Positions 1 to 8,852 of a stretch of 64,000 nucleotides of DNA are shown here, piece by piece. Made by a program: the position numbers and the translations under genes. The stretch's first letter is position 1. Every line of letters starts with the position of its first letter. Source of the stretch: Thermodesulfobacteriota bacterium (GTDB taxonomy: Bacteria; Desulfobacterota_D; UBA1144; Nemesobacterales; Nemesobacteraceae). The stretch covers positions 1,905,251 through 1,969,250 of the forward strand of contig OZ241964.1 of the NCBI GenBank assembly GCA_965204035.1. Reading direction: 5' to 3'. Under the pieces are notes generated by a model. It saw only the letters and a program-made list of their open reading frames with translations, was not told the origin of the DNA and ran no database searches.

Positions 1-1007
1 TAACCGGGTCTGAAGCGCAGCGCTACAAGAAGATAGTCGCGGACTTCGGTGCTATGGAAAGGCTGCTTGTGGACCTGTTTTTGAGGTTCCACAAGCAGAA
101 TCCGAAGAAGATAGTGCTTGACATAGACGTAACGGACGATCCCGTGCACGGGAACCAGGAGGGGAAGTTCTATCACGGTTACTACAGAAAGTACTGTTAC
201 GCTCCTTCCTACGTATTCTGCGGGCGCCATCTGCTTGGATGCAGGCTCAGGAAGGCCAATCAGGACTCCGCGGCGGGAGCGGTGGAGGAAATCGAGAGGA
301 TTGTCTCTGGGATTCGGAGGAAGTGGAAAAGGACTCGCATTATAATAAGGGGTGACTCGGGGTTCTGCCGGGACGAGCTTATGAGCTGGTGCGAGGAGAA
401 CGGGGTTGACTATATCCTGGGGATGGCAAGAAACTCCCGGCTGATGAAAAGGGTGAAAAAGGAGGTGCGCAACGCCTGCGTGGAACACAGGGAAACCCGC
501 AAGGCTTCACGCCGCTTCAAAAGCTTCCGCTACTGCACCAAAAAAACCTGGTCTCGTGGACGGAGGGTGGTGTGCAAGGCCGAGCATCTTGAGAAGGGGA
601 GAAACACCCGGTTCGTGGTGACGTCGCTTAAGCACGAAGAGTATTGCGCGAAGACTCTTTACGAGAAGATATACTGCGCGAGGGGGGAGATGGAGAACCG
701 GATCAAGGCCCAGCAGCTTCAACTGTTCTCAGACCGCACTTCGACTCACTGGATGCGTTCAAACCAGTTGAGGATGTACTTCTCCGCCTTTGCCTACATA
801 CTGATGGAGTGCGTGAGGAGAGTGGGACTGAAGGGAACCCGCTACTCTATGGCGCAGTGCGATACCATAAGGCTTAAGCTGATAAAGATCGGCACTGTGG
901 TAAGGACAAGCGCTCGGAGGGTGGTGTTGTCGTTCTCGGAGAGTTATCCGTACACAAACCTGTTCAGACAGGTGTTGTGGAAGCTTCAGGCAGTGCCGTT
1001 GCGTTGA
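1..1007 (+). CDS. IS1380-family (ISEcp1-like) DDE transposase, 5'-partial (reading frame open to window start)
   Basis: Motif IVLDIDVTDDPVHGNQEGKFYHGYYRKYCYAP resembles the LDxDxTxDxVYGEQ..YHY..CY block of IS1380/ISEcp1 transposases. No stop between position 1 and the listed ATG at 54. Confidence 0.55.
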   Translation, partial: TGSEAQRYKKIVADFGAMERLLVDLFLRFHKQNPKKIVLDIDVTDDPVHGNQEGKFYHGYYRKYCYAPSYVFCGRHLLGCRLRKANQDSAAGAVEEIERIVSGIRRKWKRTRIIIRGDSGFCRDELMSWCEENGVDYILGMARNSRLMKRVKKEVRNACVEHRETRKASRRFKSFRYCTKKTWSRGRRVVCKAEHLEKGRNTRFVVTSLKHEEYCAKTLYEKIYCARGEMENRIKAQQLQLFSDRTSTHWMRSNQLRMYFSAFAYILMECVRRVGLKGTRYSMAQCDTIRLKLIKIGTVVRTSARRVVLSFSESYPYTNLFRQVLWKLQAVPLR

Positions 1008-1081
1008 GTCAGGGCTTATGAATCCGGCTGTCAGGTAAAGTCGGGGGACAGTTATGTCCGAATGCTGCTGAGAACTGTGAT

Positions 1082-1390
1082 TCAGGTAAAAATCCCCCGA
1101 ATTAACAGCGCTTTATCCGGAAAAATTCCTGCCCGGAGCGAATCCAGATGAAATACAGGAACTGATCCCTGAAATCCTTCCTCTCTTCTACCTTTGTGAG
1201 AAATGCGGGCTAGAGCATTGATCGAGTATCTCAACTCAGGAACCAATCGCCGAAAAGCAAAATTGCTTTTGGGAAACCATATTTCCACTTTTCGATTCCA
1301 CTCATAAAAACCGAAAAACGTCAGAATCACCGCCATCAAACCAAGGATGAAAGCGGTTGGGGGATCAATTATTACGTGAACTACCCCCAA
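1082..1390 (-). CDS. small hypothetical protein with one predicted TM helix
   Basis: ORF only; hydrophobic stretch AFILGLMAVILTFFGF. No recognisable family. Confidence 0.2.
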   Translation of the reverse strand: MGVVHVIIDPPTAFILGLMAVILTFFGFYEWNRKVEIWFPKSNFAFRRLVPELRYSINALARISHKGRREEGFQGSVPVFHLDSLRAGIFPDKALLIRGIFT

Positions 1391-1580
1391 AGCAAGTATG
1401 ATTAAAAAGCTAATTTTGCATGTTTTTGAAGATGACCCTGCATCTCGCGCCCGTCCCGTAAGTTCCCTCTATTGTTGACGAAAAGCCCCCTCGGAAAACT
1501 GACCGTGCCGATTTCGGCGGCCAGGAGGAATGAGCGGAATTAGCCTTTTCGTAGCTTTCTCAACATAAAACTGCACGCAA

Positions 1581-1612
1581 AAAACCCCGAAAAAACCCCG
1601 AAAAACAAGCGA
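1581..1612. repeat. direct repeat AAAAACCCCGA x2, followed by AAAAACAAGCG (which recurs at ~1703)
   Basis: Seen directly: aaaaaccccgaaaaaaccccgaaaaacaagcg. Confidence 0.8.
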
Positions 1613-1669
1613 TTTCAACGACTTAGCAGAGAGGCTAACAAAAAGCTAACTCTCTTCCACCCGCTTTTT

Positions 1670-1768
1670 CAGGTTTCAATCAGGTTTCAATCAGGTTTCA
1701 AGAAAAACAAGCGGTTTTAGGGACTTATAAATTTTCAGGTTTCAATCAGGTTTCAATCAGGTTTCAGC
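1670..1768. repeat. iteron-like array: six copies of 11-bp CAGGTTTCAAT in two triplets (1670-1702, 1736-1768) separated by a 33-bp spacer
   Basis: Seen directly: caggtttcaatcaggtttcaatcaggtttcaag ... caggtttcaatcaggtttcaatcaggtttcagc. The 11-bp period is about one helical turn. Confidence 0.85.
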
Positions 1769-1837
1769 TGGGTGCGGGACGTGATTCGACCGTGTTTAAG
1801 AGAGTTACTTAATTTTCGGGAAATTCGGGCGGAAAAC

Positions 1838-2152
1838 TCAGACCTTGCTCAGGATCCACCGGACGCGGCCCACGATGAAGCCCTCCGGGATCTCCCCCTG
1901 GTCCACGAAGTCACCCTCGATCTCGGGGTTGTCCGCGACGACCAGGTAGCCGCCCGCGCGGAAACGCAATCGCCTGACTGCGACTCCCAGGGTTCCGAAG
2001 CGGAGAACAAAGATGCCGTTGTCGACCGGGCCGCTGTCGCCGAGACCCACCCCGACCAGGTCTCCGTCGGTGATCGTCGGAGCCATGGAGTCTCCCTCCT
2101 GGCGGATCGCTACGGCCGTGTCCACCACGACCGCGGAGCTCCGGCCTTCCAT
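1838..2152 (-). CDS. S24-family (LexA/UmuD/CI C-terminal-like) peptidase domain protein, minimal (no DNA-binding domain)
   Basis: Nucleophile motif GDSMAPTITDGDLV matches S24 GDSM..P.I.DGDL. The downstream block VAVRRL aligns with the LexA/UmuD FTVK(K/R)L general-base region, but with Arg in place of the catalytic Lys. Confidence 0.55.
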   Translation of the reverse strand: MEGRSSAVVVDTAVAIRQEGDSMAPTITDGDLVGVGLGDSGPVDNGIFVLRFGTLGVAVRRLRFRAGGYLVVADNPEIEGDFVDQGEIPEGFIVGRVRWILSKV

Positions 2153-2234
2153 GGACGCCCCGACCTCCTGCGGACCCCCGAGCTCGGCCAGCGTCAGAAC
2201 CCGGACTTCAGCCAGGTCTTTGGCCCCTGCCTGC

Positions 2235-3974
2235 GTGTCGACCGCAAGGGTTAGCTCGGTCGGGGGGTCGCCGTATCCCGGTTATGCCTTTATCCGCCTG
2301 GCGCGGCAGTACGACGGGGAGATATCAGCCGACGCCCACGGATTCATTCTGACAGGAGTGTCGGATGTAGTCAGGGAGGTGTTCGACAATCCGGTATGGG
2401 GGGCCGGGCAGATCAGCAGGGTAACCGTGGAGAATCCGCCGACCGCCGCGTTGCGGGTCGAGGGCGCGATCAGCAGGCGTCAGTCCCTCTCGCAGTTCCT
2501 CGCGCAACTCGGAGAAATCAGCCCGTTCGAGATCCGTCAGCGTATCGGGGATACGCTCGTCAGGTTCCAGGCGGCTTCCGAGGTCGTGATTCTGCCCAGG
2601 GACGAGGCCGCGTACATCGAGGCTCCGGTTCTTACCTGGGCTGACTACGACTCCCGCGTAGGGACCCTGGAGGTACACTACAGGCCCGACCAGAAATCAG
2701 CGGAAATGCAACTCGACATATCCGAAGCCGTGGACTCGAACGGGCCGAGGCGGGAGGCGGACCTGCCCTACGTTTACGACTCGGAGACCGCCGACAGGGT
2801 TTTATATGCCGCCTCACAGAGGGAACTCAGCGGGCGGGAAACCGTGCGGTTTCGTATCGATCCCCGCCGCTCCGGATACCTGCCTCTCGGCCAGAGAATC
2901 AGGTTCCCCGCGGGGATAGTGAAGGGGGAGGATAGCGACTGGGTAATCCGCTCGCTTCGGCACTCGGCCGATAAATCGATCGTGGTGACCGCCACAAAAT
3001 ACCTGCCCGGACTGTTCGCCTATCCCGTGGACAGAACTTCGTTCTTTGACACGAACGCTGCTGTGTCGATTGAGACCGATTTTTCACAGACTCCGCCCGA
3101 ACCTCTGCGTAACCTGCGGGGTGAAACCCGGGAGACGTCCACGGGGTCCGGAGTGCATGAATGCGCTATCACGTACACGCCGCCGCGGGAGAATTACGGC
3201 GGGGCGGAGTTCTGGGCGGTTTACGGTACGGACGATCCTGTTCTCGTGACTCGGGAGGCTTCGCCGGGCAAGGCATTTTTCATCCTGCCGAAGCGGGTGC
3301 CGAGATACAAGGTCGTGGGATATTCCCTCTCGCCGGAACCGAACGTTCTCAGGGGCTACCCGGTGGAATTCGAAGTGAACCGGACGCCGGTTGCGAACGC
3401 CGGACCTGACAGAAGCGTATCGGCGGGCGCTTCGGTGACGCTCAACGGTTCGGGTTCCACCGACCCCGACAGCGACCCGCTTACGTATTCCTGGCGGCAG
3501 TTGTCAGGACCGGTGGTGACGCTCCAGAATTCGAATACCGTTACCCCGAGATTTACGGCGCCGTCGCGAAACTCATCATCACGCCTGGAGTTTGAATTGA
3601 CGGTATCGGACGGGTCGCAAAGCTCCACGGATTCCGTGATGATCAACGTGAGGGCGTATGTGTACGTTTCGCCGGTGCCGGGGCGTGTAACCGCGCGCTC
3701 ATGGTGGGTAGAGGCTCCGCTGCCCGGTGAGGACCCTGCCGCCGGCGGAGATCTTGGCTTCAGTGTCTGGGGATGGAGTTTCAGCCGCCCCCGGGCCGGT
3801 GCGCAACCGACACATTACGAGGCGCGGGATTCTGGGCGATTTCCGAATTGGTTGACCATCCCGGGCGAGGCACGGAGCGGGAAGAGGAGGGGATATGTAG
3901 AATGGGTCGAGTTCCGCGCCTGCAATTCCTCTGGCTGCGGTCCGGCGACGAGAATACGCAGGCCCTCGACTTAA
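2235..3974 (+). CDS. large hypothetical protein with PKD-like domain (ANAGPDRSVSAGASVTLNGSGSTDPDSDPLTYSW); possibly phage-tail / host-specificity-like
   Basis: Long ORF; PKD-type motif seen in the translation. The listed ORF start (2013) overlaps the convergent S24 gene, so the true start is probably a GTG/TTG downstream of 2152 (e.g. GTG at 2235). Tight coupling to the next gene. Confidence 0.4.
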   Translation: MSTARVSSVGGSPYPGYAFIRLARQYDGEISADAHGFILTGVSDVVREVFDNPVWGAGQISRVTVENPPTAALRVEGAISRRQSLSQFLAQLGEISPFEIRQRIGDTLVRFQAASEVVILPRDEAAYIEAPVLTWADYDSRVGTLEVHYRPDQKSAEMQLDISEAVDSNGPRREADLPYVYDSETADRVLYAASQRELSGRETVRFRIDPRRSGYLPLGQRIRFPAGIVKGEDSDWVIRSLRHSADKSIVVTATKYLPGLFAYPVDRTSFFDTNAAVSIETDFSQTPPEPLRNLRGETRETSTGSGVHECAITYTPPRENYGGAEFWAVYGTDDPVLVTREASPGKAFFILPKRVPRYKVVGYSLSPEPNVLRGYPVEFEVNRTPVANAGPDRSVSAGASVTLNGSGSTDPDSDPLTYSWRQLSGPVVTLQNSNTVTPRFTAPSRNSSSRLEFELTVSDGSQSSTDSVMINVRAYVYVSPVPGRVTARSWWVEAPLPGEDPAAGGDLGFSVWGWSFSRPRAGAQPTHYEARDSGRFPNWLTIPGEARSGKRRGYVEWVEFRACNSSGCGPATRIRRPST

Positions 3975-3990
3975 TAAGGAGGTATGAGAT

Positions 3991-6027
3991 ATGGCAGATA
4001 GAAAATTATCAGAACTGGACACGGCGACCCGGGAGCAACTGCGAGACGATAGATCCCGCCTGCTTCTCACCGCGATAGTCGACGGCGTACAGAAGTCGTT
4101 ACAGCTTCCGGCAAGCCTGCTTACAGACACCGAGCTGACTAACCTTGAGTACCTGCGCCGCCTCGGACTGCTTGAGTCACGCACGGAGGATCTGCGGTTA
4201 GTCGAGGAAGATGCCTGGGCGGACGAAACCAGCGCCACGGATGCGGCGGTAGCGATAGCCGCGGGACTGACCGGACCGACCACCGACGGGATTATCGCCC
4301 TGTCTTACGCCTTGTCCGTCACCCCGCCATCCGCGGGTAACTACGCTATCTTTCTGCGTCTTGCGGTGGGGCGCAACGCGAACAATTACGGCGTCCGGAT
4401 CGCGTCGTCTCCCACGGTTCAGCTTATCGGCGGCTGGGCTTACAGGGTTACCCAGGGGGGATATGCCTATTATCAATGGCATCAGGAAACCGACGCCGGG
4501 GACACCTGGCACAGCTATAGAGCGCTTGACGCCTCGGAACTTGTCGCGATTCGTCATTCCGAAACGCTGACTACCGAGTTCCTGGGCGACATTACGGCGG
4601 CGGCGATACTTCGCCTCCTCACCGGGGACGCGGCCGCGCTTGCCGACAAGTGGCTCAAAATCAACGCTGCCGGCACCGGGCTTGATATAGCGGACGCGCC
4701 GAGCGGTGGCGGGGGAGGTGCCGGTTCAGCGGTGAAAACATACCGCTTCGCCCACGCGACGAACATTCCAACGGTGACGGTAACGCCCAGCAGTACCACG
4801 CGGCCGCTCATGGCGATTTTGAAGTTCACCTGGGTTTACGATGTGAGCCTGTATTCTCGAATTCCTGACAATACTTTCTACATCCAGATGCATGCGGGTC
4901 CAGCGGGTCCGCTCTCCGACCCCATCATCCCCGGAACAAAATTTACGCCGAAGCAAGGGACGGACAATGTTACGCGTACACGGTCCGAGGAAGTTATCGG
5001 ATTCTACACGCCGGACAGCCTCGATTCTCTACAGATCAGCGTTCGGACGCAGGGAGAAGCCACAGGCAAGGACTTCAAGGATTTCGAACTGGTAGTAATA
5101 GACTTCGGCGCCGTGGCTGCGCCCGGTTCGGCTTCCCCCGGGTTTGCCTCGGCCTCGAACCAAAAGACCTTCTACACCTACCCCCTGGCTTCCGATGGCT
5201 CGCCGCCGATTTTCGGGACCAGCGTGGTTTACTCAAGCGGGGAGTTTTCAAATGTACCTCCGGGATGGGCGGAAGCACCCGTCGTTCCGAAACCCGCGGG
5301 AAGGGTGGAATACATCGCGTTTGCCACCGGACACGGCGACGGCACGGTTACCGCATCCGTGACGAGAGTGACGGACGGCTTCACGGTCAGATGGTACGCG
5401 ACCAACGATGTGCTTTCGAGCAATTCCTATACCTATGACCCGAACGTTCATAATTACTACCGGCTCCGCCAATCTGACGGCACCTGGGGTCCGCTCCTGC
5501 CGATCAACTCAAACCCTGCCCCCGCGGTGACGAATAACAATTATTACGGTCTCGATGACTGGGCGATTCTCTATAGCAGGGCAAGCACCTTTGTCTCCGC
5601 TCAGACAGCGACCTTGTCAACAACACACTTAGGCACAATAGACTTGGATGATTACGAAGAAATTGTAGTTCAGATTGATAACAGAGGATTTGGCTCCGGC
5701 AATCACATGAGAAGCATCACGGTACCGCTTCCCACCCGGTTTATCGGGCTGCTTGCGGCCCATGACGATATCACCGACGACGCCAACCGGGGGAATATAT
5801 TTCGGGTCAGCGTTGGAGGAGCTGAAAGGGCTTCGGCAATCGCCTTGGTTGGCGATCTGAAACAAGGATGGGAACGTTACGACGGCGCGGAGATCAAGTT
5901 CATGTTCCGGAGAGCAAACGGGGCGGACGTGGGTAGCCGGGTAGTGGACTCAATTTACTTCTTTCCCCGGGTCGGGGGTTATAACGGCGGGGGAGACATA
6001 ATCAGCGTTGAATTCTTAGGGAGGTAA
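3991..6027 (+). CDS. large hypothetical protein (678 aa), Thr/Gly/Asn-rich; possibly tail-fibre/receptor-binding-like
   Basis: ORF lies 17 bp after the previous gene with an upstream AGGAGG. No recognised catalytic motif. Confidence 0.4.
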   Translation: MADRKLSELDTATREQLRDDRSRLLLTAIVDGVQKSLQLPASLLTDTELTNLEYLRRLGLLESRTEDLRLVEEDAWADETSATDAAVAIAAGLTGPTTDGIIALSYALSVTPPSAGNYAIFLRLAVGRNANNYGVRIASSPTVQLIGGWAYRVTQGGYAYYQWHQETDAGDTWHSYRALDASELVAIRHSETLTTEFLGDITAAAILRLLTGDAAALADKWLKINAAGTGLDIADAPSGGGGGAGSAVKTYRFAHATNIPTVTVTPSSTTRPLMAILKFTWVYDVSLYSRIPDNTFYIQMHAGPAGPLSDPIIPGTKFTPKQGTDNVTRTRSEEVIGFYTPDSLDSLQISVRTQGEATGKDFKDFELVVIDFGAVAAPGSASPGFASASNQKTFYTYPLASDGSPPIFGTSVVYSSGEFSNVPPGWAEAPVVPKPAGRVEYIAFATGHGDGTVTASVTRVTDGFTVRWYATNDVLSSNSYTYDPNVHNYYRLRQSDGTWGPLLPINSNPAPAVTNNNYYGLDDWAILYSRASTFVSAQTATLSTTHLGTIDLDDYEEIVVQIDNRGFGSGNHMRSITVPLPTRFIGLLAAHDDITDDANRGNIFRVSVGGAERASAIALVGDLKQGWERYDGAEIKFMFRRANGADVGSRVVDSIYFFPRVGGYNGGGDIISVEFLGR

Positions 6028-6030
6028 GAA

Positions 6031-6786
6031 ATGGCAGGACCAAAAATTTACTATACTTATGACCGCAACACGTACCTCGTCAGAGGGGTTTTTTCCACGG
6101 CGGCGCTCGCCACTACCGCGGCGGCGGGAGACAGCGACCTTGTCGCGAACATCGCCGGACTGAACGAGGCGCAGGACGCCGCGGGCAACACGGTGGACGC
6201 CATGCTCGTCGAACCTGGTATCGACTGGTACCATTTTTCGGAGGCTCCTTATCTGCGTCAGCAATACCGGGATCTCCATCCGGTCAGGACCGGCGTACAG
6301 CAATTTCACGAGCGGATGCACGAGCTGTCCGCCATCGAGCGTCTGGTAGGCCCTGACTACCCGGAAATTACGGGTCTGATCGTCCGCTACACCCTCTACG
6401 GGCTGCATCAGGGCATGTACTTGATCAACCACCGCGCGGCGCTCTCTCCCGCCCAGATCGGGCAGATTCTAAGGTTTTCGGCACAGGGGCCTAACGATGT
6501 CAAGAGCGGCAGCCCAGCCTACGACCCGGACAATCCCCGGACGATAGTCCCGCTCATCGATGCCTGGCGTGAACCGCTCACTGATGAGGTAGCCATACAG
6601 AGAGCGAACCGTCCGCACGTGGTCCCACGAATTTACGCGAATATCACAGCCAATCCTCTCGTGGTGAACATAGCCCGCCGATCGTTTGCCGACATGATGA
6701 ACGAGGACATGCTCCTGGCCGGGGAGAGCGCTCCCAAGCCCGCACAGCTGCGGGAAGGAGAATGGGTCAATGAGATTAACAGGTGA
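6031..6786 (+). CDS. hypothetical protein (251 aa)
   Basis: ORF lies 4 bp after the previous stop with an upstream GGGAGG; same operon. Confidence 0.4.
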   Translation: MAGPKIYYTYDRNTYLVRGVFSTAALATTAAAGDSDLVANIAGLNEAQDAAGNTVDAMLVEPGIDWYHFSEAPYLRQQYRDLHPVRTGVQQFHERMHELSAIERLVGPDYPEITGLIVRYTLYGLHQGMYLINHRAALSPAQIGQILRFSAQGPNDVKSGSPAYDPDNPRTIVPLIDAWREPLTDEVAIQRANRPHVVPRIYANITANPLVVNIARRSFADMMNEDMLLAGESAPKPAQLREGEWVNEINR

Positions 6787-6840
6787 TTTTGACAGAAGCA
6801 GTTGAATTAACGCTATAAACTTTTAAGGAGGTATTTTCAG

Positions 6841-7614
6841 ATGACAGAAGCAGAAAAGCTTAAGAAGATTGCGATTTATGTCGGCGGCACGCTGACCCCT
6901 GAGCTCGCTGATGCGGCGACTCTCGTCCGCACGCTCGGCCTGCCCGGCGGAAAGCCCGAGGCATTCCGGCTCGCGGCCTGGAATGGGCATAATTTCGAGG
7001 TGGTGTCGGCGACCTCCCGCAGCGGATCGAGTTTTGTTCTCGACCATCGCGGTGGTGCGCACGAAATAGCCATGGTCATCTACTACCCGCTCGATCCGCG
7101 CATCACCGAGGCTGACGTGGCGGGGGCCGTAAGAGCGTATCCGAATGCCGATGGCTCGGGGTGGCTCTTCGCGCATACGGACGAGGGGACGCACCATGAC
7201 TACGAGCTCGTGCTGCTCGCGGCCTGCGACGGAGTTTTTCAGCCGCTTTTCCGGCAATACCAAGTAGACATGCTCAAGCCCGCTACGCGCACGCCCGCGG
7301 AAGAACGATTCAAGCTCCTGTCCGAGTTCTATGGCCAGGCCGTCATCAAGCTCCGCGATCTGGCACGCAGCAGGTTCCTCGGCGAGCGCGAGCAGCAGGC
7401 GCATCCGAAAGAAGGCTGGCTGGACCGCGACATCACGTCAGCGGTAGCGGCTGCGAAGGCTAAATGGAAGGAGAGCAGGCCAACTGATTTCGCTACGATC
7501 TCGTCGGCAGTCAGGTATTTGGAGCAGGCGCTTGCCATGCCCGCGGTTGAAACCCGCTGGGACCGGGATGCGAGGATCGCGGCCGAGCAGAAAGCCAAGG
7601 ACGAAGATGAGTAG
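6841..7614 (+). CDS. hypothetical protein (257 aa)
   Basis: Strong RBS aaggaggtattttcagATG. No recognisable family. Confidence 0.45.
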   Translation: MTEAEKLKKIAIYVGGTLTPELADAATLVRTLGLPGGKPEAFRLAAWNGHNFEVVSATSRSGSSFVLDHRGGAHEIAMVIYYPLDPRITEADVAGAVRAYPNADGSGWLFAHTDEGTHHDYELVLLAACDGVFQPLFRQYQVDMLKPATRTPAEERFKLLSEFYGQAVIKLRDLARSRFLGEREQQAHPKEGWLDRDITSAVAAAKAKWKESRPTDFATISSAVRYLEQALAMPAVETRWDRDARIAAEQKAKDEDE

Positions 7615-7647
7615 TTTGAAGTGGTTTTCAAGGGGCCTTTAGGAGCT

Positions 7648-7695
7648 CGTAAAAGGGTTTTTAAAGGCCTTTTTCCCGCCCCTTGATTTAAGTAG
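7648..7695 (+). terminator. putative rho-independent terminator at the GC-rich/lower-GC boundary
   Basis: Arms ggccttta / taaaggcc are exact reverse complements and are followed by ttttt. The loop is long (~24 nt), so weak. Confidence 0.3.
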
Positions 7696-8128
7696 GCCGC
7701 TTAATTTTTAGTGGGGTCCGAGCAAATAAGCGTGCTAGAGTTGATGCAGCTTTATCTTCACAAAGATGCAGTTTCATGTTGCGCGTTATAGCAAGGAAAC
7801 AAAGCAGCAGAAAAGCAACAACTACATAATACACACGATTGCCCCCAAGAACCCTTAAAAAGCCCAAGGAAGCCACAAAGGGAAGAAGAACCACAGCCAC
7901 CCTTGCGGTAATATATTCTGAAATAATCTTTTTCATGATTTCCATCTTTCTGAGCAACAGATAATACCTGAATTGTGGACAGAACTGCCACCCCATCTGG
8001 ATAGGAAAGTATATGAGCCCCTTTAGGATAAGGTTTTTGAGGAAATGTGATTTTTCGATATGATTCCCCATAGAATCTAGGGGAAAGCAGCGCCCAGAAA
8101 TAAAAAGCGGTGAAGAAAAACGATGCAA
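7688..8128 (-). CDS. hypothetical small membrane protein (AT-rich ORF)
   Basis: ORF only. TM-like segments AVVLLPFVASLGFL and YYVVVAFLLLCFLAI. Could be spurious in AT-rich DNA. Confidence 0.2.
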   Translation of the reverse strand: MHRFSSPLFISGRCFPLDSMGNHIEKSHFLKNLILKGLIYFPIQMGWQFCPQFRYYLLLRKMEIMKKIISEYITARVAVVLLPFVASLGFLRVLGGNRVYYVVVAFLLLCFLAITRNMKLHLCEDKAASTLARLFARTPLKIKRPT

Positions 8129-8600
8129 TAATAAGCGACTGCGGGAATTACAGGTACGCGCTTCGAAGAGAGATCAAAGGGGGCGGAAATAGAGCCCTGT
8201 GCTTCATCTGCCTCAATCCGTCAAGGCAGACGGGGACAGGAACGACTCGACCGTCCTCAGTTGCATGCGTTTCGCCCGCAGTCTCGGGTACGGAGATCTT
8301 TACATGGTCAACCTGTTCGCCTGGAGGGATACGGACAGGACGGTTCTGCCTGACGACCCCGAGATCAGGGTCGGTCCGCACTGCGATTATTACATAGACA
8401 AATACACGTCGTCTTGCGACATGACGATTGCCGCATGGGGCAATTTCGTTTCCAGGCGGAAACTTTTCCGGCGGGCGAAGGAAATCACCGACCGTTACGA
8501 AAACCTGAAGGCGCTTAGAATTACCAAGAAAGGACACCCTCACCACCCGTTGTTTCTGCCCTGCGATCTTGAACCGGTCGATTTTGCGGGATACGGATAA
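8110..8600 (+). pseudogene. DUF1643-family gene split by a -1 frameshift near 8225
   Basis: Frame A (8110-8397) gives CGNYRYALRREI...LCFICLNPS; frame B (8199-8600) continues ADGDRNDSTVLSCMRFARSLGYGDLYMVNLFAWRDTD...AWGN...KKGHPHHPLF. Together these reconstruct the DUF1643 pattern CGxYRY..LNPSxAD..D.T...C..FA...GYG...V.NLFA.R. The frames switch within ccgtcaAGgcagac. Confidence 0.55.
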
Positions 8601-8852
8601 GCGATACGCGCATATTTCGATTAATGAGGTAGAGAGAGGTGATTTGAGGTGATTTCTGGCTCCCGTGGTGAAAGCACTTGTGGCTCTTCATTGCTTGTGG
8701 AACTGGGGAACATAAGCCGTTTTGATTCTCCAAGGCGGTTGATGTCTTCCGTGGGTCTTGTGCCTTCTGAGTACAGCAGCGGAGCGAGAAGACGCTAAGG
8801 AGGAATCACCCAGACGGGAAACTCCCACACCCGCAGGATGCTCGCGGGCTGC

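Noticed and set aside
2013-2234. 5' extension of the 653-aa ORF (start at 2013)
   Set aside because: Would overlap the S24 gene by about 140 bp on the opposite strand. The N-terminal 70 aa are Pro/Ser/Thr/Arg low-complexity. A downstream GTG (about 2235) avoids the overlap.
1772-2254. 160-aa plus-strand ORF overlapping the S24 peptidase gene
   Set aside because: It lies entirely antisense to an ORF with a strong S24 catalytic motif. Its translation is low-complexity (Asp/Arg/Ala-rich), typical of off-frame reading in GC-rich DNA.
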